Assembly (NCBI GenBank): GCA_949373075.1
Contig: CASIBX010000017.1
Location: 628-64,627 of the forward strand
DNA length: 64,000 nt
Reading direction: 5' to 3'
Origin: Candidatus Poseidoniaceae archaeon
GTDB lineage: Archaea > Thermoplasmatota > Poseidoniia > Poseidoniales > Poseidoniaceae
Shown: positions 47,695 to 57,408 of the stretch, in pieces
How the letters are laid out: each line of letters opens with the position of its first letter
How positions within the stretch are numbered: the stretch's first letter is position 1
The notes under the pieces: generated by a model
Database searches by the model: none
Told to the model about the DNA's origin: nothing
Seen by the model: the letters and a program-made list of their open reading frames with translations, nothing else
Position numbers and translations under genes: made by a program

Positions 47695-48825
47695 ATGACA
47701 ATGTCATTGCCGATGTGCGCCATTGACTTCTCCAATGACGCAATGGGTCCTGAAGAGACCGCAATCGCAGAGCGTATTGCAGAATTGAAAGAGCAGATGG
47801 GTGAAGACTTACTGATTCTTGGTCATCACTATCAAAGAGACCAGATTGTAATGCACGCAGACCTACTGGGCGACTCGTTTTTGCTTGCTGAATTAGCGGC
47901 TAAGTCCAAAGCAAAGAACATCATATTCTGTGGAGTACATTTCATGGCAGAATCTGCTGATATACTTACATCAGATGAACAAAATGTGATACTTCCAAAC
48001 ATGCGAGCAGGTTGCTCGATGGCTGATATGGCTGCTTTACCTGACGTCGAGGTTGCATGGAAAGATATCTTGGAACGCTCGGGATTAAGTGATCCTGCTA
48101 CTGCAAAAGAAGGCGATTCATGTTTGATTCCTGTTACTTACATGAATAGCGCAGCAGAATTGAAAGATTTCTGTGGTAGGCACGGTGGAATTGTTTGCAC
48201 TTCATCAAATGCAGAAGGAATCTTACAATGGGCATATGACAGAGCGGGTCCCAAGGGTGCAGTACTATTCTTCCCGGACCAACATCTAGGTCGGAATACT
48301 GGATTATCTATGGGCATCTCTCTCGACAAGATGGCAGTATGGACCCCTGGTCAAGATAATCAACTTCCTGAAGATGTAAAAATCGTATTGTGGCATGGTT
48401 TCTGCTCAGTACACAAAAGATTCACAGTTGGTCAGATTGACGCTTTTAGAGAACAACACCCTGAGGGATTAGTAGTAGTTCACCCCGAATGCCCGATGGA
48501 AGTGGTACAAGCTGCTGATGCTAATGGTAGTACGGAATATATTCGTAGATTTGTTGCAGACCAAAAGCCAGGAACGCATATTGCAGTCGGCACAGAAATC
48601 AATATGGTTGCTCGTTTGGATTCACAGCATGAAGACCTTCACATTCAGTGTCTAGAACCTACAGTTTGCCCATGTTCAACCATGTATATGATTCATCCAG
48701 TCTATTTGATGGATATTTTAGAACGGCTTGTAGATGGTGAAGTTCCTAATCAAGTGATAGTTGAGATGTCAGTTCAAAAAGGAGCAAAAATCGCTCTTGA
48801 AAGAATGCTTTCAATCAAGCAGTAA
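47695..48825 (+). CDS. nadA: quinolinate synthase
   Basis: Motifs GVHFMAESADIL, VVVHPECP and HGFCSVH are present. Confidence 0.9.
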   Translation: MTMSLPMCAIDFSNDAMGPEETAIAERIAELKEQMGEDLLILGHHYQRDQIVMHADLLGDSFLLAELAAKSKAKNIIFCGVHFMAESADILTSDEQNVILPNMRAGCSMADMAALPDVEVAWKDILERSGLSDPATAKEGDSCLIPVTYMNSAAELKDFCGRHGGIVCTSSNAEGILQWAYDRAGPKGAVLFFPDQHLGRNTGLSMGISLDKMAVWTPGQDNQLPEDVKIVLWHGFCSVHKRFTVGQIDAFREQHPEGLVVVHPECPMEVVQAADANGSTEYIRRFVADQKPGTHIAVGTEINMVARLDSQHEDLHIQCLEPTVCPCSTMYMIHPVYLMDILERLVDGEVPNQVIVEMSVQKGAKIALERMLSIKQ

Positions 48826-49198
48826 TCTCGACAACTTTCCAACCAGCATATGCTAGAAGGGGGCATAGAACCATAGTTGCTAATACGTATCCTATGGCCT
48901 TCACTTGGTCATCACTCCACAATTCAATAGTCTCTACCGAGAATGCAGACATAGTAGTGAACGCCCCTAAAATACCAGTTCCGAGTAACAGAGTCATCTC
49001 CTTAGATATCATTTCACTTGCAAGTGCGGCCATACAAATTCCAAGTAGTAGCGAGCCTAATGCATTCACCAATAATGTACCTTGAGGATTTCCAATCCAT
49101 TCTGATACTATGAAACGAAGTATAGCGCCTATTGCTCCACCCAAACCCACCGCCAGATATGAATTCACAAACCCCTCTCTGAGAGGGGGCTCTATCAA
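48815..49198 (-). CDS. crcB: fluoride ion channel CrcB/FluC
   Basis: 127 aa with 4 TM helices and motifs GGAIGAILRF and LGAFTTMSAFS. Its 3' end overlaps nadA by 11 nt. Confidence 0.9.
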   Translation of the reverse strand: MIEPPLREGFVNSYLAVGLGGAIGAILRFIVSEWIGNPQGTLLVNALGSLLLGICMAALASEMISKEMTLLLGTGILGAFTTMSAFSVETIELWSDDQVKAIGYVLATMVLCPLLAYAGWKVVEITA

Positions 49199-49233
49199 TC
49201 ATCCTCAAGTGCCTTCCATTACAGCATCAAATT

Positions 49234-49878
49234 ATGACCTTATGGTTTATGACCAGTAATCGAGGTAAAGTTGACGAAGCCCGAGAGCACTTTTCCCACT
49301 ATGGGATTGCGGTTAGACAATTTGAATTCGAAGCAAATGAGCCTCAGGCTGATGACTTAGAAGTCGTTGCATTATCAAAAATAGAGCAGGCGATTCCTCA
49401 CCTACCTGACCCTGATGATATGTTACTAGTCGAGGATGCTGGTTTATTCATAGACGCATTGAATGGGTTTCCTGGAGTGTATTCTTCTTATGTGCTCGAA
49501 ACATTAGATGTTCATGGTATACTGAAATTAATGGATCATCTTCAAAGTGATGACCCAATACAAGATGGGAACTTACGAAGTGCTGAATTCAGGGCTGTTG
49601 CAGTTCTCTATCACAAAGGGCAAACTACAGTGGCAGAGGGAGTCTGCCCCGGTAGAATTTCTCATCAACCTGTCGAAGGAGAAGGTTTCGGGTTCGACCC
49701 AATTTTCATTCCTGCAGATTTAGATGATGATGGCAATTCCTTAGAGGTAGGACAAATTGGAACTACAAGTACTCACGGTACGCCATTTGGCGGTATTTCA
49801 TTAGATGAAAAACAACTCTTTTCTCACCGCCGCAGGGCCCTTTCAAGCCTACTTTCAACCCTCGACAGGCTGGGGTGA
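49234..49878 (+). CDS. rdgB: non-canonical purine NTP pyrophosphatase (RdgB/HAM1 family)
   Basis: Motifs TSNRGKVDEA, FGFDPIF and FSHRRRAL are present. Confidence 0.85.
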   Translation: MTLWFMTSNRGKVDEAREHFSHYGIAVRQFEFEANEPQADDLEVVALSKIEQAIPHLPDPDDMLLVEDAGLFIDALNGFPGVYSSYVLETLDVHGILKLMDHLQSDDPIQDGNLRSAEFRAVAVLYHKGQTTVAEGVCPGRISHQPVEGEGFGFDPIFIPADLDDDGNSLEVGQIGTTSTHGTPFGGISLDEKQLFSHRRRALSSLLSTLDRLG

Positions 49879-49917
49879 GATTCTTGAGTGCGGGCGTATT
49901 GGGTTGAGTTGAGCAGC

Positions 49918-50793
49918 ATGAAATTATCCAGACTTGTCGTATTATTTCTGTTGATTGTAGACATCATTGTCTTCTTCACAATGCAGAACGATTTTGACGA
50001 AAATGGACGCTGGGCATTAGTTGGTTTCGCATTACTTTTGGCCATTACTTGGGTGTACTTGGGAGACACCGCAAAAGTGGCTAAACCAGTTCAAAAGAAG
50101 CGCAATGTCCAGCAAGTTGCGAAAGAAACAACCGAGTCTGAAGTAGATATCCCGGATGTAGTTACTGAAGATTCCATGGATGGAGCTTCATTACGCGAAA
50201 GGAAAATGGCTAAGGTTTCTGCGTCCCAGTCTGACAATGATGAGAATATGATCTCAGTAGAACCTGATGATGAACTGGAAGAGGTCTCAGTTTCTATTGA
50301 AGAGGTCCACGTTGCTGACGAATTCGTCGTTGAGGTTTCACCACAATCCATTGAAGATGCAAATATTGCTGCACATATCGACCAAAAGCGAGACCGCCAC
50401 GATAGAATTAGAGTCAAGATAGAAGAGCGCCGTCGCTCTCAAATGGCTGAAATCAGGGCCTCTACCGCAAAGATGTGGGAAGAGCATTCTTCTGGTGAAG
50501 ATTTAGTTAGTGTAATTCAGAGTGAAAATCACGGCCATAATGTTTTGATTGAACCAGCAACTGCAGAAGCAGGGCACGTATATGGAGCAACACTCGTTCG
50601 AATCGATACCTCTACAATTCTCAAACTCAGGATTCCACTAGATTCAGGATATGTTACAGTTGATGGCGGTCCTGTGCAACCAATCTTACCGGAAGGAATT
50701 CCTACCCCTGAAGAATTAGGACTTCCTCCATTGCCAGCCCCTGGCCCATCCGGGGCTTTAGCGGCGCTGAGAGATGAGATGGCATCCGATTGA
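49918..50793 (+). CDS. membrane-anchored acidic protein of unknown function
   Basis: Two N-terminal TM helices are followed by a D/E-rich region and a Pro-rich C-terminus. ATG 49918 is preferred over the tracked GTG at 49888. Confidence 0.5.
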   Translation: MKLSRLVVLFLLIVDIIVFFTMQNDFDENGRWALVGFALLLAITWVYLGDTAKVAKPVQKKRNVQQVAKETTESEVDIPDVVTEDSMDGASLRERKMAKVSASQSDNDENMISVEPDDELEEVSVSIEEVHVADEFVVEVSPQSIEDANIAAHIDQKRDRHDRIRVKIEERRRSQMAEIRASTAKMWEEHSSGEDLVSVIQSENHGHNVLIEPATAEAGHVYGATLVRIDTSTILKLRIPLDSGYVTVDGGPVQPILPEGIPTPEELGLPPLPAPGPSGALAALRDEMASD

Positions 50794-51618
50794 TTATCGG
50801 TGCTTCCACTCAGGGCTTGTTCTATCGACGAAGGCTTGAACTCCGATTTTTTGATCTTCTGAATTGAACAGTTCTGCAAAAACTTCGGCTTCAATCTCTA
50901 CACCTTTAGTAATGCCATTGTCTAATGCTGCACGAATAGTACTCTTCGCAATTCGTAATGTGTGCATAGACTTTGAAGAGATGTTCTGAGCCATTTCCAT
51001 AGTCTTACTTTCCAAATCCTCTGGAGAATATAACTGATTTACAATACCTAATCTGTATGCTTCCTCAGCATCGTAGTTATTTCCAGTCATCATCATCTCC
51101 ATGGCCTTGCCATATCCAACGAGGTGGACTAATCTTTGAGTGCCGCCATATCCTGGAATCAACCCTAATTTGATTTCTGGAGTTCCGAATATTGCCCGAG
51201 TACTAGCGATGCGAATATCACAAGCACATGCAACTTCACATCCTCCACCTAATGCAAAACCATCTACCATTGCGATAGTTGGTTTAGATAAATCCCAGAT
51301 GGCCTCAATTGCATTACCTGTGAATATCTCCTTAATCTCTTTGGAACCCTTTCCAATAAATTCGGTAATATCGGCGCCGGCAACAAATGCGTTCGGCTTA
51401 GCTCTCTTTCCTTCTTGAGGAGGATTGGGGCCAGCTCCTGTGATCACTACACATCTTACGGAATCATTTGAATCAGCCCAAGCGCACATTGCTTTGAGTT
51501 CGGAGATGACTTCTTGATTCAATGAATTCAATTTGTCTGGGCGATTTATGGTTACCTTTGCAATTACACCGTCTCCGCTTTCGCAAGGTATTTCTTCAAT
51601 AATTACAACTTCGCTCAT
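50794..51618 (-). CDS. enoyl-CoA hydratase/crotonase family protein
   Basis: FVAGADITEF and GGGCEVACACDIRIA are present. The start is set at MSEVVIIEE. Confidence 0.85.
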   Translation of the reverse strand: MSEVVIIEEIPCESGDGVIAKVTINRPDKLNSLNQEVISELKAMCAWADSNDSVRCVVITGAGPNPPQEGKRAKPNAFVAGADITEFIGKGSKEIKEIFTGNAIEAIWDLSKPTIAMVDGFALGGGCEVACACDIRIASTRAIFGTPEIKLGLIPGYGGTQRLVHLVGYGKAMEMMMTGNNYDAEEAYRLGIVNQLYSPEDLESKTMEMAQNISSKSMHTLRIAKSTIRAALDNGITKGVEIEAEVFAELFNSEDQKIGVQAFVDRTSPEWKHR

Positions 51619-51691
51619 GCCACCTCCGAGGGAGTCATAGCAAATCAACTTGTAAGCACACATTGAAGTTTGAGAGGCCCACCCTTGGGTT

Positions 51692-52471
51692 ATGTCCGGC
51701 GCCGAAGACTCATTGGTGGTAGCAAAGGATTTAGGAAAAAGATACGGCGATTTTATTGCGCTTCATCCTCTTGATGTCAAAGTAAGTTCAGGAGAGTTTT
51801 TCGGAGTATTTGGTCCAAACGGAGCAGGTAAATCCACTTTCATCAAATTGTTGACTGGGCAATTACGACCTAGTATCGGGGCGGTAGAAGTCTTAGGAAT
51901 TAACGCTGCTAAAGATCCTCAAAAACTCAAAGCAAATATTGGAATTGTTCCTGAATCAGAATCTCCTCCTTCATATCTAACCCCAAGCGAATTTCTGCAT
52001 TTCGTTGGTAAACTTCGAGGAGTCGAGGATTTAGACAACAAGGTTGAACACTGGATGGACTGGTTTGGTCTCGATGAGAAGAGAGATACTATGTGTAAAG
52101 ATTTGTCAAAAGGACAACGCCAGAAAGTGATGCTCGCATCGGCATTTATTCACGAACCGAGATTACTATTTTTAGATGAACCATTCGCAAACTTGGACCC
52201 GATTTATCAGAGGAAATGCCGCCAATGGTTACTGGATATGGTGGCAAATGGTGGGACGATTTTCCTTTGTTCACACGTCCTTGAAATGGCGGAAAGAATG
52301 TGCAATAGGATGGCAATAATCAACAACGGTAAAGTCCTTGCAGCAGGAACTGTGAAAGGATTGAAGGAAAAAGAAAGCGAGACTCTGGAAGATGTTTTCA
52401 TTCGCTTAGTTGGCCATTCGATTGCAGAAGCTGAAAGATTGGGCGATGAAGGTGCAGACGAGGAGGAATAG
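51692..52471 (+). CDS. ABC transporter ATP-binding protein
   Basis: Walker A GPNGAGKST, signature LSKGQRQKV and Walker B LLFLDEP are present. Confidence 0.9.
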   Translation: MSGAEDSLVVAKDLGKRYGDFIALHPLDVKVSSGEFFGVFGPNGAGKSTFIKLLTGQLRPSIGAVEVLGINAAKDPQKLKANIGIVPESESPPSYLTPSEFLHFVGKLRGVEDLDNKVEHWMDWFGLDEKRDTMCKDLSKGQRQKVMLASAFIHEPRLLFLDEPFANLDPIYQRKCRQWLLDMVANGGTIFLCSHVLEMAERMCNRMAIINNGKVLAAGTVKGLKEKESETLEDVFIRLVGHSIAEAERLGDEGADEEE

Positions 52472-52614
52472 TTCTGCCAGCAGTAATCGCCAGTCAAGAT
52501 TGGTCTGAGGTTTCTGATTCAAAGGATTCAGAATCCCTCGGCTCCTCCGGTGGTGGTGAACATTTACACACTCCTCTAGCAGGGTTTGGTGCATTTTCTG
52601 CAACTTTCAAAGTT

Positions 52615-54171
52615 ATGTTCGTTGAAGAGTTTCGTGAAAATTTAGATTTTGCTAAGAAAAGAAGAATTTTGCTATTTCCACTATTAGTTGCTTTAGTCAC
52701 GATGGTTGCTACTATTGGTTTACAATTCCTTGTAGGAGAAGGAGCCGCTCAAGGGGCTGATTCAATCTCAAATTCTCAAGATTTTAGTTGGGAGGAGATG
52801 AGGTTAGGTCTTCATTTACCCCTTTTGATGTTTAGTTTAGGGATGGGCTCATTCGCTTTTCTAGGTAGGGAGAAGGTATTGTCAAGAACAGGGACAAAGA
52901 ATTACATTTTGGCTTCACCTGCACTCCAGCCTCTCACCAACTCGACCGCACATTTCGCATATTACATGAAAGATTTATCGTATTATGTGATGCTAATCTT
53001 GACTCCAGTTATCTCAGGAATGGCTATCGGGATTACATTACAATACTTCACAGATGTAAGCACTCCACTAGAATTTAGCAGCCTGCCTCGAACCTGGATT
53101 GCAATGGTTGTGACTTTGGCACAAGGCCTTGCATTTTCATTCATAGCCTCTTCACTCTGGCTACTAGGTGGATGGTTTAGCAGGCTAACACCGTTAGTTG
53201 TCATCGCGTTAGGAACTGCTCTTGGCCTTGGGTTTGTTCCTAGAGAATACATTCTTTGGGGGCTTTCAACTCAGCAGCCCGATGGAATATTCCTTGCAGT
53301 CCCTGCATTAGCGGCCTCAATTTCCTTAGCATGGGCTGCTTCGAAATTAGTTCGTGATGACTTTGAAGTAAAAGTAGTTTCAAAGAAAGAGATTTTCCTT
53401 CCTGCATGGAATCGTCTAGGTTTCCTCGGTAATGGCACATTACGTCTACTAGTGGCTAAAGAAGCAGTTGATCTAATTCGCTCCGGTTCTCTAAAGAAAA
53501 TGACAGTATCGTATTCAGTTCCTCTAATCGTCTTACTGTTAATGGCTTGGCTTGTCGACTTTGCTGAAGCCCCAATTCCGATAAATTTGCTATCGTATGC
53601 TCCATTCTTAGGTTTCTTTGGTTTCAATTTCTATTCTTGGTTAACAGCCTTAGATTCTCCAGAACATATGAACGGGTTACCGCTAAGCGTCCCCCAATTG
53701 ATACGTGCTAAAGTCACAGTTTATTTCTTGGCGACAACTTGGATTTCAGTAATTTTCCTATGTTTGATGGCTTGGAAATTAGATGAGTGGGCTGTGCTCC
53801 CAGTAGGCCTTGTTGTAATGATTGCAAACAGCATCTATATCGTTTGCCTCACTGCTTTCTTGATGGGACTCTCTCCAAATAAAGCAATATTTGATGCGAA
53901 AATAATGACTTGGTTTTGGATTGGTACAGTCATTCCATTGCTTTCATTATTCCTTCTTTCCTTCACCCAGGGCGATGTTTCATTTTACGAAAACTGGGCA
54001 GACCAAGTTGGAGACAAAGGCTTGGATGCTGAAGCAGCAGTATATGATGAAGAGAAAGTCGTTGCAGGCTTCAAGGGAATCCTTGGGGTAAGTGTTGGGC
54101 TAGTGGCTGCCGCAATGGTGTTGCTGAAACTACTTGATCGTAAGTGGGGAAGGGCAGAGTTCAACAATTGA
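52615..54171 (+). CDS. large polytopic membrane protein, probable permease partner of the ABC ATPase
   Basis: 518 aa with more than 10 hydrophobic helices, directly downstream of the ATPase. The frame is open from 52450, but no ATG/GTG/TTG lies upstream of 52615. Confidence 0.6.
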   Translation: MFVEEFRENLDFAKKRRILLFPLLVALVTMVATIGLQFLVGEGAAQGADSISNSQDFSWEEMRLGLHLPLLMFSLGMGSFAFLGREKVLSRTGTKNYILASPALQPLTNSTAHFAYYMKDLSYYVMLILTPVISGMAIGITLQYFTDVSTPLEFSSLPRTWIAMVVTLAQGLAFSFIASSLWLLGGWFSRLTPLVVIALGTALGLGFVPREYILWGLSTQQPDGIFLAVPALAASISLAWAASKLVRDDFEVKVVSKKEIFLPAWNRLGFLGNGTLRLLVAKEAVDLIRSGSLKKMTVSYSVPLIVLLLMAWLVDFAEAPIPINLLSYAPFLGFFGFNFYSWLTALDSPEHMNGLPLSVPQLIRAKVTVYFLATTWISVIFLCLMAWKLDEWAVLPVGLVVMIANSIYIVCLTAFLMGLSPNKAIFDAKIMTWFWIGTVIPLLSLFLLSFTQGDVSFYENWADQVGDKGLDAEAAVYDEEKVVAGFKGILGVSVGLVAAAMVLLKLLDRKWGRAEFNN

Positions 54172-54189
54172 AACCGTTCCGTGCCAAAC

Positions 54190-54735
54190 ATGGGGCTAGT
54201 AATTGCAGTCAGTGGATTGCCTGCTGCGGGCAAGGGGGAGTTTGCTGCAATACTAGCATCTCACGGAATTCCCGTACGTTCAATGGGCGACATGGTTAGA
54301 GCCGAAGTAAAGGCTCTAGGCGTGGAAGAGTTGCCACATGTATTTGGAGAAGTGGCAGCAAAAATGCGTGAGGAACATGGGGAAGATGTTCTAGCTCAGC
54401 GTTTAACTTCGGCAATCGATGAATTGTTGTTACAAAATCCAATTGTTCTGATAGAAGGCCTTCGTGGTACAGCGGAGAGAGAAGTTTTTTCAAATCACTG
54501 GTCTAATGATTTCTTAGTAGTTGCTGTTTCAGCATCGAAGAATTTGAGGTTTCAAAGAGTAGTTTCTAGAGCCCGTTCAGAAGATGGTAGCCTTTCTGAT
54601 TTAGAACAGCGTGATGCTCGAGAAACAGGGTGGGGCCTCGATGTAATAATTGCTGAGGCAGACCAAATATTCCCTAATGAGTTGGGTCTTGAGGAATTAG
54701 AAACATCCGTTACCGCTTGGCTCAAGAGTCTGTGA
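54190..54735 (+). CDS. UPF0200-family nucleotide kinase (dephospho-CoA-kinase-like P-loop protein)
   Basis: The protein reads GLVIAVSGLPAAGKGEFAAILASHGIPVRSMGDMVRAE...LIEGLRG...RFQRVVSRARSEDG. Its layout matches archaeal UPF0200 proteins. Confidence 0.7.
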   Translation: MGLVIAVSGLPAAGKGEFAAILASHGIPVRSMGDMVRAEVKALGVEELPHVFGEVAAKMREEHGEDVLAQRLTSAIDELLLQNPIVLIEGLRGTAEREVFSNHWSNDFLVVAVSASKNLRFQRVVSRARSEDGSLSDLEQRDARETGWGLDVIIAEADQIFPNELGLEELETSVTAWLKSL

Positions 54736-54758
54736 GAGGGCCCGTAGGGCCCCTCACA
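54731..54758 (+). promoter_or_regulatory. strong 13-bp (one bulge) GC-rich hairpin TGTGAGAGGGCCC-GTA-GGGCCCCTCACA overlapping the kinase stop codon, upstream of the pilus operon
   Basis: The inverted repeat was read directly from the sequence. It contains the CCCGTAGGG core. No T-tract follows it. Confidence 0.45.
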
Positions 54759-54817
54759 ATGGCGAAAGGTCATAACCGAGCGGAACCGTGTCTTGTCTGT
54801 TAGGGGAGGTTCTACGT

Positions 54818-56341
54818 ATGGCGAAAAAGAGTGGTGGTGGCCAAAAGAGGCAACGTAACCAGCAACGTGCAATGTACGATGAACTTGACAAATACCCGGT
54901 TATGCCACCTCATGCCTTTGCACGAATTGTTCGTGATAAAAGGACACTGAACATCATTTACCAAATAATTGAACCTCCATTAAACAAGAAAGAGCAAGAG
55001 TGGCGAGATGAACTTCTTGATATTTTTATCCGCTCATTAACTGTCAATATCGATGAAATCGATGCTGACCCAACCGCTTACTTGCGTACTGCAATGGATA
55101 AAGTCATCAAAGCGTATGGGATGAAAGTCAATAAGAAATCTAAATCCAAACTATTCTACTATCTAAGAAGAGATTTAGTCGGATATGGAAAGATGGATGT
55201 TCTGATGAACGATGCTAACGTGGAAGACGTATCCCTCGACGGTACAAATGTCCCAATTTTCGCATACCACCGTAAATTCGAATCGGTAGAGACAACTTGT
55301 CTATGGGAGACCGACCATGAACTGGAATCTTATGTAATCAAATTAGCTCAGCGTTGTGGTAAGCACATCTCTGTTGCAGATCCTCTACTTGATGCTACGT
55401 TGATGGATGGTTCCAGAATCGTTATGAAATTGGGCCGTGAAGTGTCTACTCGTGGTTCTGCATTTTGTATTCGAAGGTTCAAGGACGACCCGTTCTCTCC
55501 ATGTGACATTATTGCATTCAGAACTCTGTCATCATTGATGGGAGCTTATCTTTGGGTTGCATTCCAGAATGAAGTTCCACTGTTATTCGTGGGTGGTACA
55601 GCGTCTGGTAAAACAACTACACTCAATGCCATGTGTATATTTATCCCATGGCAGATGAAGATTGTCAGTATTGAATCTACGCGTGAAGTAAACATTCCTC
55701 AGCCTAACTGGGTCCCTGGATTAACTCGACAAGGATTTGGTGGCGAATCTAATGAAGGTGAAATTGGAGAATTCGAGTTACTAAAGGCAGCTCTCCGAGA
55801 ACGACCTGAATACATTATCGTGGGTGAAATTCGTGGTGCAGAGGCATATGTTCTATTCCAGGCAATGGCTACTGGTCACTGTGCTTATTCAACAGTGCAC
55901 GCAGATTCAGTAGCATCTCTAGTTCACAGGCTAGAGAATAAACCGATTGATATCCCTCGTGTATTATTGCCTGCTTTGGAAGGCTGTGTTATTCAGATTC
56001 AGACTCGTATTAACGGACGACGTGTTAGAAGAACTAAGCAAATTGTAGAAATTGTGGGTATTGATCCAAACTCGATGGAAATTATCACTAACGAAGTTTT
56101 CCGATGGAATGTAACGAATGATGATTTCATATTCTCAGGCAAGTCATATGTTCTTGAGAAAATCATGGTTAAAATCAATTACAGCCAAGATGAGATGAGA
56201 AGAGAACTTCGTACAAGAAAGCGAATTTTAGAATGGATGGTACTCAATGACATTCGTAAGGCAGACCAAGTCAGTCAAATAATTACTGAATATTACGTAA
56301 GGCCACATGAAATTTTAGCACGTGTAGACGGTCTTCGTTGA
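54818..56341 (+). CDS. archaeal type IV pilus/archaellum-type secretion ATPase (FlaI/PilB/TadA, T2SSE family)
   Basis: Walker A VGGTASGKTTTLNA, the EYIIVGEIRGAEA motif and ATGHCAYSTVHA are present. A GGGGAGGT Shine-Dalgarno motif lies 7 nt upstream of ATG 54818. Confidence 0.9.
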   Translation: MAKKSGGGQKRQRNQQRAMYDELDKYPVMPPHAFARIVRDKRTLNIIYQIIEPPLNKKEQEWRDELLDIFIRSLTVNIDEIDADPTAYLRTAMDKVIKAYGMKVNKKSKSKLFYYLRRDLVGYGKMDVLMNDANVEDVSLDGTNVPIFAYHRKFESVETTCLWETDHELESYVIKLAQRCGKHISVADPLLDATLMDGSRIVMKLGREVSTRGSAFCIRRFKDDPFSPCDIIAFRTLSSLMGAYLWVAFQNEVPLLFVGGTASGKTTTLNAMCIFIPWQMKIVSIESTREVNIPQPNWVPGLTRQGFGGESNEGEIGEFELLKAALRERPEYIIVGEIRGAEAYVLFQAMATGHCAYSTVHADSVASLVHRLENKPIDIPRVLLPALEGCVIQIQTRINGRRVRRTKQIVEIVGIDPNSMEIITNEVFRWNVTNDDFIFSGKSYVLEKIMVKINYSQDEMRRELRTRKRILEWMVLNDIRKADQVSQIITEYYVRPHEILARVDGLR

Positions 56342-56373
56342 AATCGCATAAATTAATGAAAGGGGGGAGATGA

Positions 56374-57393
56374 ATGGAATTAACGGCTTGGCAAAAAATA
56401 TGTCACCGTATTCTAGGCAGGGCTTTCAAGAAAAAGGCCCGTAAAGATAAGGTTCTCTCAGCCAATTTGGTTAAAGGAAATATCCCTGTAATGCCCGAGG
56501 TATATCTGGCACAAGTATTCGTTACTACTGTAGCGGTTTCTATGATTTGTGGTATGCTAATTGCTGCGGTGTTCCTTCCTGAAATCGGTTTGATCGATTG
56601 GTATGAATCACGTGCAGATGAATCCACAGCAATGGCATGTTATGAGTGGGAATATTGGAATTCAGACCTTGTTGATGAGACATTAGAGAGCCGCGGCTGT
56701 CCATATTTCAAGTACATGGAATTTCCATTCTTTGCCCAAATATTGATTCCAGTTTTCCTTGGCTTCTTGGTTCCATTTGGCACCTTCCGATATCTGAAAG
56801 GCGCTGCAGGCAGAGCTGCACATCAACGCGGGGTTGCTCTTGAGAAGTTCTTGCCATATGCTGCATCCTATACTGCTGCAATGGCGGCTGCAAATGCGAC
56901 ACCTCACAAAATTTTCAGGTCCTTAGCACTCAATGAAGACATCTATGGAGAAATTGCATATGACTCTGCGATGATTTATCGAGATGTATCTTTACTTGGA
57001 TATGATTTACTAACCGCTATGAAAATGGCAGTAGACAGAGCCGCATCACCATGGATGACCGAGTTCTTCCAAGGGATGGTCGGTACATTGACTGCAGGAG
57101 GTTCTCTCAAACTGTACTTCCTAAACCGTGCCGAGCATTACATGCGTGAAAACCGTACGCGATTACATGATTTCCTAGAATCTCTTGCTATGCTTGCGGA
57201 ATCATATATCGTAGTCGCAGTAGCAATGCCACTGTTCTTGATTGTAATGCTTGTAATTATGTTCTGGGTAAGTGGTGCTGGTGCACAGTTAGAAGAGAGT
57301 ACATTGTATTTGGTCGTACTATTGTTCCTTCCAATGATTCATGCAATGTTCGCATTCATTGTTTGGTCTTCTAGTGAAGAACAAAAGATGTGA
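56374..57393 (+). CDS. T2SSF-domain platform protein, TadB-like (single domain)
   Basis: One T2SSF-like cytoplasmic domain (LPYAASYTAAMAAANATPHKIF...) is flanked by TM helices. A GGGGGGAG Shine-Dalgarno motif is present. Confidence 0.7.
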   Translation: MELTAWQKICHRILGRAFKKKARKDKVLSANLVKGNIPVMPEVYLAQVFVTTVAVSMICGMLIAAVFLPEIGLIDWYESRADESTAMACYEWEYWNSDLVDETLESRGCPYFKYMEFPFFAQILIPVFLGFLVPFGTFRYLKGAAGRAAHQRGVALEKFLPYAASYTAAMAAANATPHKIFRSLALNEDIYGEIAYDSAMIYRDVSLLGYDLLTAMKMAVDRAASPWMTEFFQGMVGTLTAGGSLKLYFLNRAEHYMRENRTRLHDFLESLAMLAESYIVVAVAMPLFLIVMLVIMFWVSGAGAQLEESTLYLVVLLFLPMIHAMFAFIVWSSSEEQKM

Positions 57394-57408
57394 TTAGGAG
57401 GTGAGAAT

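Noticed and set aside
49199-49233. A possible fluoride riboswitch upstream of crcB.
   Set aside because: Only 35 nt separate crcB from the divergent rdgB gene. That is too short for the crcB motif, and no conserved pseudoknot elements were seen.
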